Virus record (IMG/VR): IMGVR_UViG_3300009537_002640
Location: 1 to 64,000 of that record
Direction: 5' to 3' (one strand)
Length of the DNA stretch: 64,000 nt
The position numbers and the translations under genes were made by a program. Every line of letters begins with the position of its first letter. The stretch's first letter is position 1. Below the pieces are notes generated by a model. It saw only the letters and a list, made by a program, of their open reading frames with translations. It did not search any database and had not been told where the DNA came from. Below, one piece after another: positions 1 through 10,400 of the stretch.

Positions 1-1460
1 TCGTGAACCTTCCATGCAATATTGCCGGTTTCTGGAAACTCTTGGGTGTACCAAAACCCCCTATCATAAAGATTAGGGAAAGTTTCCCATAATGCGTCTG
101 CTGGACTAGTCACTCTATTTGGCATCATAAGAACTCGTCCAGAACGTAGGAATTTTATCTGCGGTTGTCCCAATATTGAGGCTGTGCTATTACCCGTATC
201 GCCCTGAGATACCCATTGTGGGCTCCCCGGATGCGGCACTCCATTATCATCTAATTCCATGTACCATATATTTCTACCACTATCATCCCATACATATAGC
301 CTATTGTATTGAAATCCTGATATTTGTTTATCATAAAATGCTATGTTTTCGTGAGACACTCCCTCATATGGTAGCTCGGGAAAGCTAGGGTCTAAAGGAT
401 CCTGAGTAATCCTCCACGAATCTTCTTGAATAAAATAAACACCCCAATCAGGTGTATTTAGGCTGGAGCTTACTGCACTAAACCCGCCTCTAGTTAAGTA
501 AATATGGTTCCCCCCATCCCAGCAAATAGCATTGGATTGATTAAGCCCATCATCTTCGCTACTTGTAAACATTTCGCTAACAATACGTATGGGCCACGTT
601 GGAATGTTAGCTATATCTTCCCAAGATTCAGTTAATAGATTTAAACGAGCAGTTTCAGTTCTGCTACCACCTATTGCAAGAAGGTAAGGAACTCTAGTTA
701 CTCGGTCTTCATAATAACACAAATACATTACCGGAGTAAATGGAGAGGTGGAATATGTTTTAGTCCTACTAATTGTACTAAGGCTATACTCTCCGCCGCC
801 TCTTCGCATATCATAACGCTCAACGGTATTAGCTGCTATTGATGAAACATAAACATTAGCCTTCCCGTCTGTATCATGGGGAAAAAATGTGGTAACAAAG
901 ATGCTGGAATTTGTGGGTCCACTATTCTGACGAGTAAAATGATTATTCTCCTCAGTGATAGTATGCAGAGTGTCAGATGTGGGTGAGCTTTCAGAAGTCC
1001 CATTAATCTCTAATTGGCCGCCGCCAGCCATATGATTTATTTGTAATATTTCATGATGCCACACTCGGTAATCATCACCACCAGACATATGCATAAATCT
1101 TGGTCCAAATTTCCCTATTTCTGAGTAACCAGCATAGGCATCACCATCCTTAGGAAAATATACATATGATTGTATTATAACATAGCCAGTATCGCCACGG
1201 TTATGGTCATCATAATCATAATAATCAGCCCCTCGCACGAATGGTTCAGGCGGAGCAACTCTTACGCGCGCAAATATCTCATTTCTCCCGGAACTGCCGA
1301 GAGAACGATAAACCATATCGTACCCGTCATAATCGCTGCCAGTTCCATAGCCGTCTATATTGCTCCATAATTGCCAGCCAGGAACATTATCGGCTATGAA
1401 ATTGTGCAATTCACGGGTAAGCTCAAATGTATTTGATACTGTTCCACGCTTGAACGCCAT
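1..1460 (-). CDS. Large putative virion/surface protein, 3' end beyond the window; possible Kelch-like beta-propeller segments
   Basis: Not in the ORF track because it has no stop in the window. Manual translation from ATG 1460 (GAGG upstream) stays open to base 1: MAFKRGTVSNTFELTRELHNFIADNVPGWQLWSNIDGYGTGSDYDGYDMVY... It includes Kelch-like stretches (TARLNLLTESWEDIANIP, NAICWDGGNHIYLTRGG) and follows the 3634 aa gene directly. Confidence 0.75.
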   Translation of the reverse strand, partial: MAFKRGTVSNTFELTRELHNFIADNVPGWQLWSNIDGYGTGSDYDGYDMVYRSLGSSGRNEIFARVRVAPPEPFVRGADYYDYDDHNRGDTGYVIIQSYVYFPKDGDAYAGYSEIGKFGPRFMHMSGGDDYRVWHHEILQINHMAGGGQLEINGTSESSPTSDTLHTITEENNHFTRQNSGPTNSSIFVTTFFPHDTDGKANVYVSSIAANTVERYDMRRGGGEYSLSTISRTKTYSTSPFTPVMYLCYYEDRVTRVPYLLAIGGSRTETARLNLLTESWEDIANIPTWPIRIVSEMFTSSEDDGLNQSNAICWDGGNHIYLTRGGFSAVSSSLNTPDWGVYFIQEDSWRITQDPLDPSFPELPYEGVSHENIAFYDKQISGFQYNRLYVWDDSGRNIWYMELDDNGVPHPGSPQWVSQGDTGNSTASILGQPQIKFLRSGRVLMMPNRVTSPADALWETFPNLYDRGFWYTQEFPETGNIAWKVH

Positions 1461-1489
1461 GTGTATAAACCTCAGTATACGCTAATTTA

Positions 1490-4400
1490 TTATAAGTTTT
1501 TGACTATCACGTCTCTTACATCGTTGCTTATCAGAGTGCCAGCTTCTTGTGAAGCAAACTGGAACCTAGTATTGCTTGGTAGATTGATGATAGTAACTCC
1601 GCCACCTAAGGAAGAGTCCTTAGTTGCCACAAATGCCTGCTGCTGTTGTAGGTTTACATCTACAGCAACAACCCTGTCCACTTGTCCGCCGAGTATTTCA
1701 AAAGTAGTACCGGATCCTTCTGTTCCATATGTGAGACTAATACCACCAGTTTCACTAGAGCCAGGAATTGATTCATCTGTATGTATGACAGTGAGGCCAT
1801 AATCTGTTGCTACATATATGGTATTAGAATAGTCATCTATAATTGAAGTGTTATTTGTAATCTTTATTTGATTAATGATACTATTGGATATTTCTGGCGT
1901 CGTAGTTACACTGTAATACGCATCCGGAACTGTGCTATCAACAGCGTCCAAATGTACATTATAGTACACTTCAACCCTACCTAAGGTATTGTTAGCCAGA
2001 TAAAGCACACTACCGCCGTCGTCCATATGAATTGAGCTTATATCACTCCCCAAGCTATAGTTTACTCCCGAAGCATTGTCTTTTATCAATGTAGCACCAG
2101 CCACTGTTGCCACTGCCAGAAATCCATTACTTGCGTTCGTTGCAGTAAACAAATCATTAACCTCATTGGAAGGTATAGATGGCGATGTTCCTTCGTTAAA
2201 TGCATCTTGTACTCTCTCAGAACTATCCCTGTGCAAATCGTTGAATGATAACCTGCGGACACCATAGGCATCTTCCACGTAACCATCGCTACGGCCAAAG
2301 TATATATCTTCTGTATCAGCAGTGATAGCGTTAAAACCATAACCGTCCAGCACGAACCCTACATTCTCAAGTTCAATTTTAGACACCACGTCTATACCAC
2401 CACTGGTAGCCAGGTACCAATTTGTATGGTCCTCATACATTCTGCGCACTGCGTTTCTACTCTTTACTCGTCCAGTGATTCCGGAAAGTGCAGCAGTAGT
2501 TGGCTTCATTGTAACTACTCCATGATTGTAATAAAGGTCAAACTTGTTACCGAAATAATCTCTTATCTCATCACTAGCCACAAATACATCAAAGGTTGAA
2601 CGACCATAAAGCCTATCTACAGTTAACACAACCCTGTCTAATTCTTTAGGATCTGCAGTGACGGCTTTTACTATCGCACCATCACTTATATGATAGTTAT
2701 TAGGATTAGTAAGATTTGAATCCTGGGTCATAGCCTCATTGAACACAACTGTTACATTGACATTGAATGGTTCATTTACGGCAGCCAGAACTCTTGGACC
2801 CACAATATCAGGGTATCCAGAAAAATCAACGGACTCGTATCCGTCGTCTATAGTAAAACCAAACTCATTAACAATACCCACTGAATCCACAGTTACAGTG
2901 TAAATGACCAGTGCTTGCATTGGAACGTTAAAAGTTAATTCAAATGTATCGTCATCCTGTTGCGCTACAGCAATTACATTGATAGGATAATCTCCACCAC
3001 TAATAGTATAAGCGCCGGGACTAAGTTCTGTTCCACCTATCACTGGAGGATCGCTGAATGTTAGATCCACTGTTTTGATAGAGGTTGCTTCAGCAAATTG
3101 TGGACGGAAGATGCGACGTTCAGCCATAAAGGAACCGCGATAGATGCTAACATCCACTGTGCCACCAGCTGCAATTTGTCGGTCAAATACAATTTCATCT
3201 GTAGTATAACCATCCACCACTGCGGCACCGGTTCCAGCTATAATGGCTAAATCCCCAGAGGTAAGCTGATTAGAATCGATAAAGAATTCACCTACATCAA
3301 TTGTATTAAATCCTGTCACTGCTCCAGATGCGGCATCTATAAAGCCTCCTTCCTTACCAATCTTATTTACTGCCACATTGCCTCTGTTATCTGCTGCAGT
3401 AATCCTGAAAGTAAACACCGCAAAACTTTCAGCCTGTTCATCCTTGTACATATCTATTACATAACCATCACCATCAGGCTGATTGCTTATAACTCCGCTC
3501 CAACCATTTTGAAACTCATCTACCGGCTCATATGATACCAGGAATGGTTCATCGGCATTATTGGATACCTCTATAAGCAGAGTGCTAAGGTTTACTTCCC
3601 CATCTCCTCTATCACGAATACCAAAACTTACATGCAAAGGCTCGCCCTCTGCATCTACAGAATTAGGCTCTGGATGAAAATCAAATACTAAGGGGCCTTC
3701 ATCATCAATTATTGAGAATGTATACTCGAAATGGGTCTGGTTGCTGGCATAATCGTAACCATCAACAACAACTCGTACTAAATAAGAAGGATCAAATATT
3801 ACTGAAGAATCTATTGTTATATCGTAACCATCCAAACGCTGGATAACTTGGCTATATGGTCCATCAAACCCTGAACCAACCACAAACTCACCCTCTTCCA
3901 TGACCAGAATATTATCAATAGTCAGATTAAATCTATCGAAATCAACCCCAGTCTCATCATCTACAATACGTATCTCTATGGTTGGACTACGAGCAACCCC
4001 TCCCTGGGTATCCACTGGGTCGATAGGAATAATGGTAGGCCCATTTACATCAACTTTGGTCAAGAAATCGTACACGAAATGTACATGATTATCAGCATAA
4101 TCATAACCATCTATTATTACGGTTTGCAGCTCATTGTAATCGAAGTTGACAAACTGATCCAACACAACCCTATACCCATCAACAATAGGCGTTATGCCTG
4201 ACTCAGGGTCAGACCATGGTGCCTTTATCTCACCATCTGTAACCGCTGGCACATCATTGACATAAACATCTAACCTGGTCATATCTACACCAGAAACAGA
4301 GTCGGTGATATCAAATGCTATGTCAGTATCTACCGGAACTTCCACTTCGCCTGGGAATGGATCTAGGTTGGTAATAGATGGTGCGTCTACATCTGCAATA

Positions 4401-7400
4401 GTTGCAAACCAATAAACATCATTAGTATGGTTGTCAGCAAAATCATACCCATCTACAGTTACTACAATAATCTGATTAAAATCAAACTCCTGCGTTCCCA
4501 CGGGATCTACAACAATGTGATAACCATCAAATATAGGCTCTATGCCTGCGGAAGAACCATCATATCCTGGTTGAAATACTCCATTAATTACAGCTGGAAT
4601 GCTATCGATGTGAACATCTAACCTGTCTAAATCGACACCAGCAACAGCGTCAGTTATGTCGAAGGAGACATCTGAATCGAGGGACACTTCTACTTCGAAA
4701 CTATCAGGGTTGCGATTACTTACTACAGGACCAGCAGTATCCGCTATCGTGTAAAAATAATACTCAAAATGCACATGATTGTCAGAAAAATCGTATCCAT
4801 CCACAACCACCGTAACTTGTTGATTGTAGAAAAAATCAAATTCTGGATCAATTTCTACATGATACCCATCCACTATTTGTTCAATGCCGCTAGAAGTATC
4901 ATTGTAGCCAGGTTGTAATAGGCCATCGATTATTGCCGGATTGTTATCGATATGAACATCAAGTCTGCTTATATCTACATCGTATCCATCAATAATGTCA
5001 AAGACGACGCTGCTGTTAAGAGCTATTTCAATGTCATTAGGCGCAGGAACTAGATTAACAATCTCTGGTTCTTCCTCATCAATAAATGTATGGAAGGCAA
5101 AATCAGTCAGCATGTAGTTGCCATATGCATCGTATCCATCTATCAGCACTCTGATGTCACTATCTAAAGCATATCTGCTGTCAGAAGATATATGAAAATT
5201 GTATCCATCATATCCGTCTACCCATGTTTGCTCTATTATTGCATCCCAGCCCCCTTGTGTCTCTCCTAACACAATAGCATTTCGGTCATCTATCTGAACA
5301 TTAACGGTACTTAGTTGTAATCCTGAGCCACCAGTATCGTGTATGTCGAACACTATGTCAGTAAATGGATTTACTTGTATAGACCCATCTACAGGTAGTT
5401 CATTGTCAAGAACCGGCGAAGTAAAGTCATCGGTAGAGAACTGATATGTATATATAGTCTGGTTGGGGTCTATATCGTAACCATCCAATATAACCACAAT
5501 ATTCCTGAATTCGGGGAGCGGATAATCTAAGTCAACAACAATATTGTAGCCATCCACTATAGGGGTAACATATATATCCGACTCTACACCTAACCCATCT
5601 TCAACTACCAAATTGCCATCTATCGTGATATTCAGTGTGTCTATATCTGGGCCAGAATGTACATCAATAAAATCAAATACTATGTCGGTGCTTGTATCTA
5701 CTCTAATCTCTCCAGAAGCAGGAATAAAGTTAGAGAATACAGGCGGAGTTTCGTCCAGTGTGTTGAAAAAGTAACTTATGTACCCATCGTTTCCAGCATT
5801 ATCTGTAGCAAACAGGTCAACATAAACCGATGTAAATTCGGCAAACGAAGGGGACTGCCCTCTATTATACGAGTTAGCTATCGATGATATAGTCCTTGGC
5901 CCATCACTGATACGCAAATCGTCTATCTTTCCATTAAACACATCTATTATGGTACCGGCGAAAGGACTTACACGTGCACCTATCAGCACACGAGCAGTAG
6001 CGGGAGATCCTGAGGCCCCATTAGAATATACTATCGAAGATATAGGAAATGTGCTTGTGGCTACCACTGCACCGTCTACCAATAACTTAACAAAATCATG
6101 GGTGCGGCTTACCACAGCTGCAATATGTGTATATGAACCAGTGGGGACTAATCCTGGTGCAGAGGTTACTGAACTGAATGATGCATTTCCATCACCCAAA
6201 TCTATAGCTAAAGCGCCAGTTGATGTTATTTTGAATACCACGCCTCTAGATTCTGCAACAGTTTGACGAGGATTGTAAGTGTATATTACATGATTTCCGG
6301 TTAAAGTCGTAGGATTAATCCATGCCTCTATGGCAAAGTCTTGCATTCTAAGTTCTGAATCTGCAGAGACATCAACTCTGTCATTTATACCATCAAAACT
6401 TAATGCATTGTCGAACATTCCTGGTACTAATGTAGCGCCTACTATTATTCCGTCTAAAGCAGAATTACCTGTAGCCTCTAGCACAGTTCCAGAAGTATCC
6501 ATTCTCCACAAAGCAACAGTATCACTATCTATATCATGTGGCAATGGACCAACACTTTCTATTACTACCCTATAGCCGTCATCTATTTCTATAAATTCAG
6601 TAACAAAGCCGGTGGGTTTGATCACACCAGAATCTACATAGCTGGTTCCATCTATTGTTATACCTATGCTGTCAAAATCTACACCTGAGTGCGGGTCTAG
6701 AATGTCTGCATAAATTGGGCCGGTACCAGTTATTTTGGCATCGGGGAATCTAGGCACCAATCTGTCGAATACAGGTCCAGTCTCATCTGCTGTTATCCAT
6801 GAGTACTCAAAAAATGCAAAGTTTCCATCGTTATCGCTACCGCTAAGAACAATATCAATTGCCTCATACTCAGGAAATCGTTCAGGCATAAACAACTGTA
6901 CATCATAACCATCCTTGGCGTTAGGTGTAATCTCTACTACATACCCATCAAGAGCATTGCCATCTATAACTACAAAAGAGCCAAGTATTCTGATATCCAG
7001 AGTATCCTTATTTGTTCCGGAACCACCAGTGTCATTAAATTCAAAGCGAATAGCAGTGTCAGTTGGCACATCTATGGCATCTGGAGCAGGATAAATATGC
7101 TCAAACACAGGGCCCTGGACATCTTCAGTTAAGAATGAAAAATCAAATTGCGCTGAGTTCCCAACACAGTCTTCACCATATAAGGAGACAGTTATAGTGG
7201 CATGATTAGGCCATCCATCATTTGGATATACTGTTACATGATAACCGTCACCATAAGCATCTCTGAAATACTCTGTGAAACCGCTGTAACCATCTTGGAA
7301 TTCACCGCCTATTATGGCTTGAGTAATTCCAAGAGTTACGTCCAAGGTGCTTAGGAACGCTCCAGAGCCTATATCTATAAAGTCAAAGGTTAGAGGTCTA

Positions 7401-10400
7401 TCTAGCTCTACGTCCTCTTCATCAGGAAATGGATCAACGTTAGCAAATATAGGTGGGCCCGTATCATCTACGATAGAGAAAGCATAAGTTCTATCTCCCT
7501 CATTGCCCTCTAAATCTGCCGCATGAACTTGGACAGTTACAACACTGCTTAACTTAAAATCAGTTCTTCTATCAAATGTAAATCTGTAGCCGACATTTTG
7601 AATGGATATATATCCATCATATCCATCATCAAAATAACCATCCAGCTGATAACCGTCTGGTACAAAGTATCCATCTATGTATCCGTCTACATCCACATAT
7701 CCATCTATGTATCCGTCGAAATCATCGTCAGTATCTATGTATACTACTTCATGGAATGGCACAGGCGGATAAAAGGTGCCTACTGGAATATAAACTGGAA
7801 CTAAATCGGGGAAATGCCTAAATTCATCATCAGTTATTTCCTCTATGTCACTGTTAATATCATCGAACGGGAATAAGAAAGACCCATCTCTGAAAGCTGG
7901 TATACCATCAATGTCTACAGTGAGCCCATTAAGGTCCACACCGTTAATGTCTCTTACCTCAAATACCACATCTGTGTCTGTTGGTACATCTAGCTCACCT
8001 TCGAGAGGATCAATAGGAATAACTTGAGGCGGACCATGTTTCCCAACATCATAATAGTACTCGAACAACCCAGGATTACCATCAAATGTAATCGCTTCGA
8101 TGCTGACAAACACCATACTATATGGTTCGAAAGGAGGATGCTCTATTATTATGTTGTAGCCATCTTCGTTAGGGCTTATCTCAACGCTGTATCCATCTTG
8201 AGCTATACCGGCCAATATTACCGGTTGGAAATTCAGGTAGACATAAATAGAGTCAAAGAATATTCCATTATCAGCAGGATCATCTATTGTAAATGATATA
8301 TTCTCTTCTTCACTCTGATCTACTGAAAAGGGTGGAGGTGTAACGAATAGAAAATCAGGCGGGAACGCACTGACAGTTTTAAAAGTATAGTCAAATGTTC
8401 CCTCTATCCCATTATTATCCCTGCCGAATAATTCCACCACTACATTGTAAAACTCAGACAATGGCTCTTCTAGTTCAAGTGTAACCCTGTAACCATCAGT
8501 AATTGGTGCATAAGTGACTACATATCCATCTAGTGGCTGACCGCTTATTACAGCTGGCGCGCCGTTGATTAAAATTTCTAGGTCGTCAAGATTAACTCCA
8601 TAGGCGTCAGTGAAGTCAAACTCTATATCAGTATCTACAGGGACACTAATCTCAAATGGCACTGGACTGAAATTACTAAAAAGAGGAGGAATATATGCAC
8701 CAGTTAGGAGATATGATATAGATGTATAGTTTCCAGAGTTGTCATAGCCATCTAATACAATTTCTATTTCTTCGCCCTCAACGAATACTAATTCCTTTAC
8801 CTCTACAAAATAACCGCTGTCAATTACAGAAGTCTCTAACTGAATTCCTGGCTCGGGACTACCATTGGTGACCAAAGGAACACCATTAGCGGTGACACCA
8901 AGAGTATTTAAATCTGCGCCCGATGTGTAATCTATGAAATCAAAAGATAGATTGATGTGATTTGGAACATTGATATCAAAAGGCTCTGGCAGTATGGAAT
9001 CAAAGTCAGGACCAGTTACATCTGCCACATCAAATGAATAAGCAAAGGACCTAAGATTCCCCTCGATGTCTTGTAATTCTACACCTACAAGTGCAGTTTT
9101 ACCCTCAGCAAAATTAGAGCCGACTAATTCTATCTGGTATCCATCTACAACTGGCGTTATGTTGGCATCATAGCCATCTTGTAATTCTCCATTGATAATC
9201 GCTGGTTCATTATCAACAGTAACATTTACTGTATCCAAATCTACGCCCGAATAACCATCGAGTAAAATAAAGATAACATCTGTTAGCGGAGAAATTCCTG
9301 TATCTCCAGGATTTGGATATACGGTCTCTATTAGCGGAGGTGTCACATCAGCTGTGCGGAAAGAATACTGAAAGGACGTAAAATTGTCAGAAGAATCGTA
9401 GCCATCCAACTCCACTATAACTTCATAAAACTCTGGAAGAGAACTTGGCAGAAATACTTCAATATCGTAGCCATCAGAACCATTTTCACTAAATACTATG
9501 TTATAGCCATTTACGCCAAAACCATTTTCCACCGCCTGATTTCCATCTATGGTTATGTTCAGAGTAAATAAATTTGAATTTCCTATATAACCATCTGCGT
9601 CATTAAAAGAAAACGTTACAGCTGTATCAAATGGAACGCCGGTTTCTCCAGGTTCGGGAGAGAAATCATCGAAAATGGCAGGAGTGGTGTCTATAGTTGT
9701 GAAGAAGCTATAAGCTAGCTGAGAGAAATTCCCTACAGCATCGTAACCATCTATAATAACAAAGTGCTCTGAGCCTGGTACAAAGTAATCATCCCACCTT
9801 ACAAACACATTGTATCCATCAAATCCATTGACACTGGTTGGGTCTATTAAGCCTGCAAAGTGAGGTGCTATTTCGCCATCGATGATAGCAGGAACGCCAT
9901 CTACTGTCATCTGTAATCTTATTGGGTCTACACCTGTGCCACCAGAATCATGTATGCCAAATCTTATATATGGCCGAAGCGAGGATGTTTCGCCATCATC
10001 GGGGTCAAGATTAGTTATTACGGGTGCAACTTCATCCGCCACCTCAAATGTGTATGCTGCTGTAGATTCATTACCATAACCGTCCTTGGTGCTAACAAAG
10101 ACATCTACAAATGTTCCGAGGGTGAAGTCATCATCTGGATCTATGGTTATACTGTAACCATCAAAACCCTCTACGATAGATAGGTTAATAGACCCAGTAA
10201 ATCCCGCTTGAAATGTGCCATCAATAATGGCAGGCGTTCCATCAATAGTGACATTAAGCAAATCGGGTATGACGCCCACGCCCCCGGAATCATGAACTTG
10301 AAAAGTGACATCGGCCGCAGCAAATGCCTTTTCATTGTCATCTGGAACTCGATTGGTTATTACGGGACCACTTATGTCATCTACCGATACATAATAGAAT

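Noticed and set aside
7611-7720. CRISPR array or DGR variable repeat
   Set aside because: The repeats are in-frame codon repeats without unique spacers. No cas or reverse transcriptase gene was seen, and no adenine-specific variant pair.
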